Shown piece after piece: positions 49,900-63,225 of a stretch of DNA of 64,000 bases. Within the stretch, counting starts at the first letter, position 1. Each line of letters starts with the position of its first letter. The translations under genes and the position numbers were made by a program. The stretch comes from Vicugna vicugna (Eukaryota). The stretch lies in NCBI GenBank assembly GCA_013265495.1, contig MU058221.1, forward strand, positions 124,001-188,000, in the 5' to 3' direction. The notes under the pieces are model-generated. The model did no database searches. It worked only from the letters and a program-made list of their open reading frames with translations, and had not been told where the DNA came from.

Positions 49900-52130
49900 G
49901 CTTTGTTGAATGTGGCTGGCTAAACTGCAACCCTGGTTAAATCACTTTGTCACAGCATCTGTGCCTGCAACCACGCAGCTAAAGCGTGGCTGGAAAGAAA
50001 GACACTCTGAAGGGATCACCATCAAACGCCAGTGGGACCAGACTGCAGCCCAGCAGTCCTGTGGTCCCCTGGCCCGCTCCCTTTCCTTCCGGCCTGGACG
50101 ACTGTCTCCTCCCTCTTCTCAGCTGATGGACTGCTCTTACCTTTTCTTCTCCCCACCCTTGCTCTCAGTCTCGACTGATTAATTCCCAATTTGATGAGAA
50201 AAATGGGGTCGACGAGAAGAGAAGCTCCCCAAGCTTCTGGCACAGCACGTGCGCGGCCATCTGCCTCTGCACCCATGCACGCTAACCTGTCGCCCCTTCC
50301 TACCGACAGAGCGCCCACGCTCCGTGTCCGGCCAGCCCTTTATTTCGAAAAAAGGTCCCAATTCCTACGGCTTACTTGAAGACCCTGCCCCTGGAAATTC
50401 CACCCTCCCGCTTCGGTATCGCCATCGCTTCTACTGGGTCTCTCCCTCCACTCTACAATTACTTCTCTCATATTAAAAACACTCTCTTGACCCTACTTTC
50501 CCCTCCACTGCTGCCGTTTCCTTCCTTCACTTCACAACAAAAATCCTCAAAACAAACTGCTGAAACTTCCTCTCTCCAACTTCCCCCTCCCTTTAACTCC
50601 TGGGTTCATTCCAGTTAGGCCTTACATACAGCTTCGTACCTAAACTACTCCTATCAAGGCACAGACAGCCCTCACACTGCAAACCCTAACGGCTGGCTCT
50701 AGCCCCTCTGATCTACCAGCAACCCCTGCAGCGTTCTCCTTCCTTGGCTTCCAGGACACTGGTCCTGGCTTCCTGCCTGCTCTCTGGGCCCCTCTGCGGG
50801 TTGCTTGTCGCCTCTTCGGCTCCCTAAATGCTGGAGTACCTCAGGACTCAGGTCATTAACCTTCTTTGTTTTTTTGTTTGCTTTTGTTTTGTTTTGATAT
50901 AAACAAGACTTTTATTAGTGAAGTAAAAACAAAAGCAGTGAAAGAGTACACTCCTGGGAACTGGGCAAGGGCCAGTCCAAGAGGGGAAAACGGCCTATTT
51001 TCACATCTATGTTTTCAGCCTTAGCATTTCTAGTCAGTCTTGTGGCTTTGAAGGCCATCTGTGTGCTGACGCATTACAAATGTGCATCCCCTACCACACG
51101 TGTCCTGCAGACTCTCACTCCGCAGCTCAGCTGACAGCTGCAGCTGGATGACAGACACCTTCAACCCAGCATGTGTCAAACTGCGCTCCCGATGCACCCC
51201 CACCCTAACTGGCTCCCCTCAGTCTTCCACCCCAGGGAACGGCAGCCCCATCCTTCCCGCTGCTCAGCCCGAAGCCATTTAGTCCTGGCTCCCTTCTCTC
51301 TCGTTGCGCAGGCAGCTCGTCAGCAAACCCTGCTCGTGCTGCCTCTGACACATACACACAATTCGCCCACTTCTCAGCACCTCCACTTCTGAAACTCAAG
51401 CATAAGCTACTGTTACCTGCTGCTCGGATTACTGCAAAAGCTCCCTAATGGGTCTGCCTACAGCTCATTCTCAACACAGCAACAGAGGGACTCTACTGAA
51501 ATGTCAAGGCAGATCATGCAACTTCTCCCCAACTGCTCCTCTCTCCCACGGTCACTCACAGTGAAAGACAAGGTCCGTGCAAGCGGCTGCAGGCCCGCGT
51601 GGCCAGCCCCTGCCGCCCGGCTTCTCCTCCACGGTCACTCACAGTGAAAGACAAGGTCCGTGCAAGCGACTGCAGGCCCGCGTGACACAGCCCCTGCCGC
51701 CCTGCGGACCTCTTCTCACGCTCCCTCTTGCCCCTCTACTGAAGTTATGGGGCCTATGTGCTGGCTTTCAAACAGAGCAGCTTCTGCCTCAGGGCTTCTG
51801 CACTTCTGCTCCTGCTGCCCTGAATGCTATTCCCTTACACACTCGTACGGCCCTCTTCTATGCTTCCTTTTGGAATCTGCTCATTTGCAACTTCATCAGG
51901 AAGGTCTTCCCTGGCCAACCGATTTCAAATTGCACTCCTCTTTCATAATCTGTATCCCCTCCCCTTACTTTATTTTTCTCCTTGGCCCTTATAACTAACA
52001 CACTCTAGGTTTTATTTATTTATCTTTATCATTTGTCGTCTTCACAGAATGCCAGCTCCATGAGGGCAGGGATTATTTTATTCATTGCTGTATGTGCTGA
52101 AGTAACAATGGTGCTTGGTCCTTGTAAAAT
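49900..52130 (+). mobile_element. L2 LINE remnant in GCFC2 intron 11
   Basis: Pyrimidine-rich L2 text ending in the L2 3' signature agctccatgagggcagggatt...ttcattgctgtat; boundaries approximate. Confidence 0.7.
51546..51702. repeat. Two-copy tandem repeat, period about 83 bp
   Basis: ccacggtcactcacagtgaaagacaaggtccgtgcaagcg...cagcccctgccgccc at 51546 and 51629. Confidence 0.9.
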
Positions 52131-53122
52131 ACAACTTAAATAATTTTTAGAACTTTAAATAGACTGAAAGAAATCCCACCCAAGCCAAATGTGAAACAAT
52201 GATTTCTCAAGCACCTAGAAGGTTAGGCTGGTAATAATCCTGGACATGTTTGGTCAGCTGAGGCCCACTGTGTGCCTAGCATTAACTACAGGAAACACAG
52301 CAGTAAGTAAGACCAGGCAGCTGCCTCTGAACAATTCCGTCTAACAGCAAATACAAACACTCAGGTAAGCAACTACAACTCAGGGCACAGGTGCCCCTAA
52401 GTATGAATTCAGAGCACTACGGGAACCCAGAAAGGCACGTGTAACCCAGTTCCTAGAAGTGGTGTCCTGTTCTGAGTTCTGAAAGACGAAGAGGAGTTAG
52501 TTAGATAGAAGAGGTAGGGTTAGGAGATTTGTCAAGTGGGTGGAGCACAGAAGATGTAGAGGCCAAGGAGAATACAGCTTAAGTTCAGCAGAGGTGGAGA
52601 TGAGGGAAGAAGGAATCCAGGTTGGCAAGAGATGGGGCTGGAGAACTACTAAACAAGAGACAACATTATGAAGGGCCTAGAAAGCATGTTAAAGAGTTTA
52701 TTTAGACTTGATCCTAAAGGCAGTTAAGAAAAATTCAAGTGTTTTAAATGAGGTATGACAGAATCAGACTCACATCTTAGACAGATCATCAAGGTTGTAG
52801 TACAGAAAATGGGTGAGAAAAAGGAAAAAGACAACAGACTTGGCAATTGCTTACATAAGGGGGTAAGAAAGAGGGAGGAGTAGATGACTTGAAGGTTCTG
52901 GTCTGAACACATGGGCAGATGGAGGTGCCATTTTTTAGACAAGGGACATAAGCGGAGTAGACGGCAGCAAAGATGACAAGTGTGACTGTGCAAGCGGCGT
53001 GGGAGCTGCCTGTTAGATGGCCAGGCAGGCGTACTCAGAGGGCACTCTGATAAGAGATCTGGTGCTCTCAGGAGGTCTGGACTAGTTCTTGCAGCTCTTC
53101 TGGATTTAAAACCAAGCAGAGC

Positions 53123-53321
53123 AGCACTGTGCAAAAGAACTTTCTGTGACGCTGGGGCAGACGTCTCACATCTGCACTATTTAACATGACAGTCACGGGC
53201 GATGCACGGCTCTTGAAGAGCTACAATGTAGCTAGTGTGACTGAGAGCTAAATTTTAATTTTACTAATTTGGAACCTGTATTTTAACAGCCACATGTACT
53301 TAGCGGCCACTGAGCAGCACA
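53123..53321. mobile_element. MER3-like hAT element
   Basis: agaactttctgtgac...atgtagctagtgtgactgag...agccacatgt signature. Confidence 0.7.
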
Positions 53322-54125
53322 GGTTCAGGCAGCACTAAAGGGGAGTGTGACAGCAGCCAGGGAGCTCGCGAAGAGTCTGACGGGCCCAGGGACGGGACTT
53401 ACGGGCAACGCACAGCATTAACGTCCCAAAATGCTACTTATTTGAGGGGCCGTTTAATTGTAAGTCAAGTGTTTTGAATTTTCAGGCATTAACAGTGCTT
53501 AGTAGTTGAAAGTAGTATCTTTCTGATACACCTCATGTTGGCACTGCAATTACCCTGAGGAAAAAGTCTTTCAAGTTTAGTCAAGTTGGCTGAGAAATGA
53601 TACAAAGTCGGTTGCTTCATCTTCTAAGAGCTCTGCAACTCTGCTGTCGGCTCCACTCTCAGTGACATGGTGGAACAGAGTCTTACCAGGTACAAGCTCA
53701 CATAAAACTGGTCTTCAGAGTGAAGCACAAGCATCAACGTGCTTCTGAGAGCCAGTGGCAGCTGCGAGGGAAACGCAGTAATGTTTTTTAAAGAAAGAAG
53801 AAACATAAGGGGACCAGTTAAGGGTAAGAGAGAAATACATATAGGAGAGATGAAAGGGTGCCACTAATACATGACTTACGTGTTATAAACGTAACGTTAG
53901 TGCCACAAGTGCTAAAGGTCAGAGAGTATGAGGAGTTTGGCAGCCAATCACTTGCACAAACAAGCCTTTTGTGATCTGCTTAAATTATAACATCTGTTGA
54001 TTTTTACAGCATATAAAAGTTCTTATGTTCAACAACTTTAAAAAAATATGCGACAGTAACAGAAATGACTGATCTTGCACTTTGCCAAAGGACAATTTAA
54101 TTTTATCAAGATTACAAAACCGTAC

Positions 54126-54276
54126 CTGTAAGTCGAGGAATGACTGTTTTGTTGATGACAGCAGACAAGATTTTCCTATCAGAACTATCTTCCTTCCCTG
54201 CATCTTTCATACTGCTCTCCATAAATTCTCCTATAGATGTGAACCATGGCATCTGTTTTAAACCTATGGAATCAAA
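54126..54276 (-). CDS. GCFC2: GCFC2 exon 11
   Basis: [64 protein letters not shown]; 151 nt. Confidence 0.93.
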
Positions 54277-55965
54277 CTTATAAATAAAATTATCCAAGTT
54301 ATAATTGATTCTTAAACATCAGTTTATTCTTAAATAGTTAACTTTTTCAGTAATCACCAGAGCTTTTCTGAGGATCAAAGGAGAATAACCCCACGTTCTA
54401 ACCCAATGTATACAGCACCGGCCCACCCCGGCGAGGCAGGACGACACGAGTTAGACATGATGTCCAGGCAAAAGGAAAGGAAGCTGCACTCCATGCATTC
54501 ACCCTTATCCAGAACAGCCCACTGTGTGCCCAGAGCCTACTAAATGACTAGTACTGTTTGGAGCAAAATACACAACTATAATAACAGCAGCTGAGACAGC
54601 CAAAGAATCTGCTTACAAAAATATACTCACATCATGCAAAATTCCCTTCTGGCTCTCCTGATTCTCACTGGCACAAATGTGTACTCTGCATGTGGTTCAG
54701 CTTGTTACTAAGCAAATAGCAGACGGCCAATTACTGCTTGTTGACTGACAGCATGAACAGAACTCTGCTGGGCATAACAGACCTCTCAGTTCAGCCTGAG
54801 TTGTTAACAGTGAGCTGCTGTCCTGCCAAATGCCTACCACTTTCCCAGGGATAAGCTGGTTCTTATCCTATGAACACTGTACGGCCCTGAACGTGACACA
54901 GAGCCTACAGACATGCATGACTAGGGCCGAGGTGAGGAAATGACAGGGATCCATCCTTTACTTGGGTAAACCTTTATTTGCAGCTCTCCTCTCTTCCTAG
55001 AGTTTCATTTTTCATTTCTGTTTGCTTAACAACCATGTGGATATCCCAATCATTTCATTGTCTATAAGGTAAAACTTCCTTCAAAACCTTTTCCCTCTCT
55101 GAAAAGTCACCATTTATTTCTATTAATGGAACCGCCATTGTACTAATAACTCAGAATCCAAACCTTAGGGTCATCCTTTGATGTGATGTGTTAGCAGCGT
55201 TTTCAGTATTTTACTGATTCTTACTTCGTAACACTGCTTGTAGTCAACCCTCTCTTTCCCTGTCTTTGTCACCGTCACCCCGCACGGGGAAGACATCACT
55301 CTGCACCTGGGCTGTCCAGCAGCAGCCTTTCAGTACACATCTCCATCTCTCCCTCCCTGCCCTCCAAGTTAGCCTACTGCTTAGGGCTTCCTAAAACAGG
55401 ACCTTAATCATGTCACTCCTCCCATTATCAACCAAACAAGTTCGCAACTCTGCATTTAGGATCTCTACAGTCTCTAGGCTTAACTAACGCTTCTTCCTGG
55501 ATACCTTCATGAAACACCTTTTCCTTTCTCCCTCTTTCTGTTTAAATCCTGTATGCCCTTCAAATCCTCATTTAAACCCCTCATTTTCATGTCACTTTCC
55601 TAACTAAGGACTCCCAATATGTCATCTCCAACTTCAGAGCTTTTGGTACCTAGTTTGAATGTCACTCAGCCAGACTGTGAAATTCTTCGGGTCTAATACT
55701 ACCTTTACTGTTTTGAGTGATCTTCAACTTAACATAGACGAGGATAAAAAAAAGTGTTTCCTTTACTGATGTTGCATCCCTCAGCCTTCAACAGAGGGAG
55801 AACCAAAGAAAGACGAATGCAGACCACCCCCACCAAAGCACTAATTATCATGTCAATTCCAGCTCTCAAGGTGAGGTATTTTACAGCTAACTTGGTAAAC
55901 AAGAGTTCATTTAAGTAACTAACGTGATCAAGATTATTTTTTTCACGTGTTAATAAGCACAGTAC

Positions 55966-56165
55966 CTTAAGAGGGTTCCAATCAATCAACTGAAATCGTA
56001 TTAAGGGATTTAAAAGCTTCGGGATGCATAAACTAACGAAAGCTTCATAATAAGAATCAGGAAACTTTTCTCTCCATTGTTGAAATTTCAGTAAAATGTT
56101 CTGGATGTTACAAAAATCATCATGTACATCTTCAAATATCTTCTTACGATCCTGTAAAATGTCAC
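55966..56165 (-). CDS. GCFC2: GCFC2 exon 10 (start of GCFC domain)
   Basis: [78 protein letters not shown]; 200 nt. Confidence 0.97.
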
Positions 56166-56928
56166 CTGTGAACAAAATGAGTCTCTGTATATCACGTATT
56201 TTAAGTCTGCGATCCTTAAGTTTGCTTCCTACAAACACAGTTATGTGTAACTATGTCATCGACTGAGCTGAAAACCTTCCTTTGATGTGAACATGCAAAT
56301 TAGTGTTCACTAAAAATCACTTTAGTCACAATTAATACTAATAATGTCTACCATCTACTGAGCCTGTGTTATATGCCAAAGCAGTGCAAATACGTTATCT
56401 CATTTCAGCATTATAACTATCTTCCCTGTAAGGTAAGTGTTACTAGCCTACCTACCTACTTAAACAAAGAACAGGCAAACGAAAAACATTATCAGATGCA
56501 GCGAAGTCAAGGAATCTGCTTAAGATCACACAGAATAGATCCCCTCTTTGAACTCACCTATTTGACTGCAAAGCCGACTCCTTCGACTATACTCATGTTA
56601 CATTCTCCTAATGTTAAAAAAGGGCTCTACTAAATTCAATTATTTTAAATTCAAAATGATAACACAGAAAGTATGCAGTAGAGAAATGAAACCAAAAATA
56701 TTCATGGTTCCTTTATAGCAGGTGATGAAAAAGGTAGAGGGTAAAAACTATAAAGATACAGGAATACTTATCATGCTCCTCCACTTTATCCATTTTTCAG
56801 CGGTAAGGACAAGCCTGAATTTTCCCAACTATTTTAGATTGCTTACGCGTTTAAGGGCAAACATAGCAAAGCATTTCCCATCATTCTGATACTTTAAATC
56901 GAGACATATTAGAAACTTGATAACTGAC

Positions 56929-57041
56929 CTCGGCTTTTCTGGAAGTCAGTCATGTCTGCTGAATGTAGTTCATCATCACTAGACGTCCCTTCCTGGTGAG
57001 TACAATTCTCCGAAAGTGCCCTTGCTTGTCTTCGTCGTGCC
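56929..57041 (-). CDS. GCFC2: GCFC2 exon 9
   Basis: [49 protein letters not shown]; 113 nt. Confidence 0.94.
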
Positions 57042-57513
57042 CTATGTTTTGCGAGAAACCAAAAAAGATTAAAAACAAATAGCCTCTGTTCAAGATAAAT
57101 GCTTTAAAACATAAAGTCATCATTTATTTAAAATGCCGAGACATAAACCATTGTATCTGCACACAACTTTATGTTACCACATTTGACATTTTACCTTCAT
57201 TAACCTGAATTGGTTCTCCTTCTTTTTGGTAAGACACTCCCACAGGCTACCCAGACTTGGAAGAGGGGATAACAATATAGTTAGGACCGGCTTTTAGTTA
57301 TGAGCCATTCCCAGCCTGATATATGCCATTTTACCCATTCCTTTTGACTGATTCAAATATATCAGTGTGTCTTCAAACCATGGGGTACAGGGTTGCTTAA
57401 CTAAATTCTGATTTTACATCACTCTCATAAATTAATATTCTAGATTATGGTTAATTATACTCCTATGGTCAACTGTATTTAAGCAGTGGAAAATACTTGC
57501 TCAATGACGTTTT

Positions 57514-58213
57514 AATGCTGGAGAGGGTGTAGAGAAAAGGGAACCCTCCTACATTGTTGGTTGGAATGTAGTTTGGGGCAGCCATTATGGAAAACAGTAT
57601 GGAGATTCCTTAAAAAACTAAAAAAAGATTTGCCATGTGATTCAGCAATCCCACTCCTGGGCATTTATCCAGAGAGAACTCTAATTCAAAAAGATACATG
57701 CACCCCAATGTTAACAGCACACTATTTACAACATCTAACACATGGAAACAACCTAAACGTCCATCAACTCATGACTGGATCAAGAAGATGTGGTGCACAT
57801 ATACAACAGAATGCTACTCAGTCATAAAACATAACAATGCCATTTTCGGCATAATAGATGGATCTGGAGATTGTCATTCTAAGTGAAGTCAACCAGAAAG
57901 AGAAAGAAAAATACCTGTGATACCACTCATATGTGGAATCTAAAAAAAAGACACAAATGAAAACAAACTTACGGTGACTGGCAGGGAAAGGGAGTGGGAA
58001 GGGATAACTGGGAGTTTGAGATTTCAGATACTAACTACTATATGTAAAATAAGTAAGTTTTTACTCTGTATAGCACAGGGAACTATATTCAATATCTTGT
58101 AACCTATAATGAAAAAGAATATGAAAAATGTTTGCATGACTGAAACATTATGCTGTACACCAGAAATCAACACAACTTTGTAAACTGATTATACTTAAAC
58201 TAAAAAACAAAAA
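57514..58213 (+). mobile_element. 5'-truncated L1 in GCFC2 intron 8 (antisense to the gene)
   Basis: ORF remnant [15 protein letters not shown]...AIPLLGIYP and L1 3'UTR/tail. Confidence 0.9.
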
Positions 58214-58243
58214 GATGTATGCGTTAAGTCTTTATATAGTTAC

Positions 58244-58325
58244 CTTCGAGATTCAATCTCTTCTAAACTCCACTGACTTTTCTCATCTACAGCCAAACTT
58301 CTATTTGTTGACGTCTCAGCTTCGC
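58244..58325 (-). CDS. GCFC2: GCFC2 exon 8
   Basis: TTAACAG| CEAETSTNRSLAVDEKSQWSLEEIESR |GTAACT; 82 nt. Confidence 0.92.
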
Positions 58326-59301
58326 CTGTTAATTAAAAAAACTGATTTTGTACTAAAAATTCTCAAAAGAAATAGACTGAAACACTTTGAAAACAGAAGT
58401 TATACCTTAGGTGTACACACATATCTGTGTACAGAAACACACCCTCACACAGAACATGCTAAAACTGCGTGTGTCACCGTGCAGTGAGGCTGCAGTGCCA
58501 ACTCCCCGCCCCAGCAGTAACAGGCACTGAGTCTGCCAGCTTCAGAAAGCGCGTCTCGTCTGGTTCACACAGTTCAGCCCTTGGGAACAGCAACAAAACT
58601 CTACTACAGAGCTGCTTCTCCCTTGTATTCTTTTCCAGTCGTCTTCACCAGTTTTTCTGTCCTTGTGGTCAAATGCTAGACACATCTGCATTACCAATAC
58701 GTCATTCGTACCATTTCCTATTTTAGCATGTACCATAATTTATGACCAACTAAATGTCATGTATTTGAGTCATTCTGATTTTGCTTTTGTCAGCTGCTTG
58801 ATGCTATGGTCTCATTTCTTTCTCTATACACCCTGACAGCACCTTATTCAAAGGCAGACATCTCTGAAAATACAAAACCAGTGTGAGAACTAAAGGGCAG
58901 CATCCAAATCTTTCGTAATGAAATCTCACAGATGATTCTATACCTAACCCACCAGACTTTCTTCAGCTTCCATAACCGACCTGTGGAGAACCATGGAGAT
59001 GCTACAAAGTTAGATTTCTGATACAGTCTATATAGTGATGATGTCATCTCAGTCAGTAAATGATAATATAAATACTTTGTGTCAAATCCTAAATGATTAG
59101 AAGTTATAATTATTATTTTTTAGTTTTAGATTTAATTGAAGACATTTTGAGGCCTTGGCATTTTTGGAAGAGGGTAGGTGATAGGTTAGTGGGAAAACAC
59201 TCAAAAAACATTTTTTATATAAGAGTAAAAATATTTTTATCCTCCACCTGATACTTTAGCTTAATGAATAATAAATCACATTGAACATGAAAAACACTAA
59301 C

Positions 59302-59425
59302 ATGGTAACTGTTGTAAATACGTTGATTCATGTTTTAATTCATCTTGCCTGCGTTTCATAAAGATCATGGCTTGTTTTAAAAGAAGTGCGTGCATGGCTG
59401 ATTCTATTTCTTGGATGCTGATAAT
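59302..59425 (-). CDS. GCFC2: GCFC2 exon 7
   Basis: [53 protein letters not shown]; 124 nt. Confidence 0.93.
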
Positions 59426-59567
59426 CTGAAATACATATATAAGTAACATTTTATGGGTCATCATTAGTGAATTATAAAAAAATACTAGTTACATATAAGC
59501 ATATTATATGTTCAGTTCTCACATACAGAAACATTTTTAATACTATCACATCTCAATTAAAAGAACA

Positions 59568-59854
59568 TAGAATACAGACTTGTGGTTACCAGGGGGGTGG
59601 AGGGTGGGAAGGGATAGACTGGGATTTCAAAACTGTAAAATAGATAAACAAGATTACACTGTATAGCACAGGGAAATATACACAAAATGTTATGATAACT
59701 CACAGGAAAAAAAATGTGACAATGAGTGTGTATATGTCCATGAATGACTGAAAAATTGTGCTGAACACTGGAATTTGACACAACATTGTAAGATGATTAT
59801 AAATCAATAAAAAATGTTAAAAAAATTTTAAAAAATTAGGAAATAGAAAAAAAA
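59568..59854 (+). mobile_element. Young-looking L1 3' end in GCFC2 intron 6
   Basis: L1 3'UTR with long A tail; TSD aaaagaaca (59559-59567 and 59855-59863) at a TT|AAAA site. Confidence 0.85.
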
Positions 59855-61239
59855 AAAAGAACACTGCGAGGAACAGACCTAGCTGCCAATACTTTCAATA
59901 CTCGTAAAACCAGAAAATCAACTTAATGTCCTAAAACAGCTATAAACATTATAAATAATGAAATCTAATGGGCTGGAGTCAGGAACACGTGTAAGAGTGG
60001 ATAGATGAGGAGAAGGATGTTTTTTTGAGACAGAAGAGGAGGAAATGACGAACGCAGCTATTTTTCACAGGCGGAGGTGGGCAGACTAGAGGGGAACACT
60101 GGAGGAGGCTGGTGAAATTTGAAGAAAATGGAGAATGAAAGACACCTAACCAGGCAAGTCAGAAAGCTGAAGCAGAACTGAATAATTAATCGAAACTGGC
60201 ATTCTTCCATTTTATGGGCAACAATTCTCCCGACTCTGATGATGTTCCGTATCTGCTGCTATGGATTCAAGCTTTGGCTGTAATTCTTCTACTGAATGAA
60301 GAAACTACGTTGCATTAAACACTTCAGAGAGTAACTACCAAGTGATACTAAAGGTACTCAACTTAAAACAGTGGGGGAGGAAATACCCAATCATTTGGTA
60401 ACACTCTAAAAGGAAATAAAAATGCAGAAAGGAGAGTATTTTTTTAAATGGTTAGCCTACTTAAAAAAAAGACAACTCAAGACCCCAGTGTAAAGACTCA
60501 GCATGTGTAAAACAAAAACAGAAATTATAACAGAAAGGAATGATTTATGTATCTAATTAACACAAAAACTTCAAAACATCTGATGTCAAAAAACTGCTGC
60601 AAATAAAATCAAAAGACAAAACAAACTGGAAAGTTTACCTACATCAAATAGGATAAAGCATTAACATTGTTAAGCAATAAAGAGTTGTTTATCATATTCT
60701 GGCAAAAAAAAAAAAAAAGGAAAAGAAAACAAAACAAAACAGAAAAACACCAAAACCCTGGTATGAACCCAAAAGACAACAGGGCAAAGGACATGAACAA
60801 TTCAAAAGAAGAAAAACCGCATGTGTCAATAAAACAATGGGTTTGTTTGAGAACAAAATAAATACGTAAAAACAAAAACCATTTTTAATGTAGTAAACTA
60901 GAAATTAATACAATCTTTCTGGAGGATAATTTAGCCTTAAAGATATTTATACCTTTTGACTTAATAATTTACTTTCTAGTAATTTTTCTTAAACACATGG
61001 AATATTAACACAAAAATTTATATATAAAACTTTACACTGCTATCCGTAATTGCAAAATAATAGCAAAAAAATCTAACTGTCCAACATCAAGGAAATGCTT
61101 AATATCTTAGTGTGTCAAAATGTGTAGGAAAAAGCCTAGAGGAAAGTATTTAGTTGGGGGATTTAGACTTCAAAAAAATTCACATGGTAAGGGAATTTCT
61201 CCACAAAAAAGAAATGGCTAAATATTTACAGATATGTAC

Positions 61240-61426
61240 CTTTTCACTAAGACAGTCAATTAAATTTTCCACATAAATTTTCATGTTCTTATAGAATTTG
61301 ATATTTAGAGCTTGATTTGATGAATTCTCTAAGTTCTGGATGGTACTCTTTGAGCTCTTGATGTCTTGTATGTATTTTTCATACTCCCTCAGGTGTGAGC
61401 GGTGAGTATCCTGCAGTAATGTTAAT
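61240..61426 (-). CDS. GCFC2: GCFC2 exon (6 by human numbering)
   Basis: [73 protein letters not shown]; 187 nt. Confidence 0.95.
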
Positions 61427-63023
61427 CTAAATAAACAAAATAAAAACAAATAAAAAGTGCTTTATATTTCAAACTTTGATTTCTACTATCGTAAGTAGCA
61501 GTGTAATGAAAATTTTTTCAAAGCTACCTTACAGAGACCACCAAGGAAACTGACAATCACATATAAACCAGGGTTTATGAGACTTGTGGAGCAAAGGAGG
61601 ACACCGAAGTAACAGAGGTCTCAAAAGGACACTCAGAGGCTTTTAGGTGCTGGAGCTAATCACAGGGTAGTTTCAGAGAAGTCAGTGTGAACTGATCAGA
61701 ATTCTGTAATCTAGATGAGGTGCTAGAACATCAGCGTCGTCTATCCGAAACACAGGAGTCCACGCGGAGTTACTATCAGATCAGCCTGTGGTCTTCTCTG
61801 GAATACAGGTACCTGATCGGGCATTAAAACCACCTGAGCATGTTACAGTTAGCTATCATCTATCTGTTTTGCGACTCAACGGTTTCTGTTTCACTTGTCA
61901 TTAGAGTCTCATGTTCCCTGAGGAGTGTTTCTTTCCTCTGTTGCTGCTGTAGCCCCTACATCGCTCTGCTGAGTCCAGACAGCTCACCTTCTTTCGCCTC
62001 TTATGAGTATCACATGCATCAACTGATGCAACATGAAAAAACTGTCAAATGTAATTTAACATCTACTTATCTTTTAAAATTCACTTATCCCTTACATATA
62101 CATACCAATGGAGGAATAAGAAACACTTAACATCTGGAATGTGTTTTTCACTACTACTTGATACTGTGAGCACATTACAATTCAAGAATTAACTACAAAT
62201 AACAAATTCATAGTATCTGGACTTGAATCAGACAACGTTTTTAAAATTATACTCCTGCTAAACTCACTAATAAGCACTTGCTTAGGCCAAGTGTCCTCTT
62301 CTCAAGTCTCCTTGCAACACTTATTGTATTTGTCTTTCAAAACCTTTCTTCGCTTTATATAAAAAATAGTTAAGAAATAAACCAAGATAATAATGCGTAA
62401 TAAACATTATGAATAAAGTGCTTTAAGTACAATATTACTGGTTATAGCAGTAAACTTTTAAGTACATATATGAAAAAACAAGGCATGGAACAGGGTAGGT
62501 AAGTGAGCTTCATTTTCACATTAAAATGGGGCAATATGCAAGTATATATGTGCTTATATAGACATACACATGCACTGCTTCCTTAAGGAAACATCGGAAG
62601 TTGGTAGCAATGGTTCCTCTGGGGAAGATGATTTCCTTTTCTCTGTATAAGCTTTTGTATCATTTGACTTTTTTGTCTTTAAATTGTTAAGAATGGATTT
62701 TCTTTTGAAATAAAAAACCTAATTAAAACAAAAGTATACTAAAGCTAAAAATAACATTTATTCAGATAAAGTGAAATGCTAATCTTTTTCAGTGATCTGC
62801 TATCTTTTTAATATTCTATTATTCATGCAAGACAATCCTCTCATTCAAACACAATCTCAAAAAAAAAGGAAAAAGTTCTGAGTTATATGCAATTCTAGAT
62901 GCAACTGCTGTAATTCTAGCTCTGTATCAGAAGAGTAAATGGTAGTGAAATTATTACAAAAATAATCTTTAATCAAGACAATCTCATCATTTAACATCAC
63001 TATTGAAAAACACTGATCTAGAA

Positions 63024-63225
63024 CAGAAGCTGGCAAACTTTTTCTGTAAAGGGCCAGACAGTCAGTATTCCAGGCCTGCAAAGCTCCACGGTTGCTACTG
63101 CACGTCCTCAGCTCTACGCTGCAGCATGAAAGCAGCCAGACAACACGTAAGTGCACAAGACGGCTGTCCTCCAAGAAACCCTCGTTACAAAAACAGGCAG
63201 TAGGCTGGTATTTTGCTAATCTCCT
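63024..63225. mobile_element. MER58A-like hAT element
   Basis: ggcaaactttttctgtaaagggccaga ... acaaaaacaggcag signature. Confidence 0.75.

Noticed and set aside
55729..56238. 169-aa ORF as a standalone gene
   Set aside because: It is GCFC2 exon 10 plus intronic read-through on both sides
61525..62015. Possible old LTR in GCFC2 intron 5 (similar candidates near 7590-7960 and 21950-22460)
   Set aside because: LTR-like text, but termini and TSDs could not be established by eye
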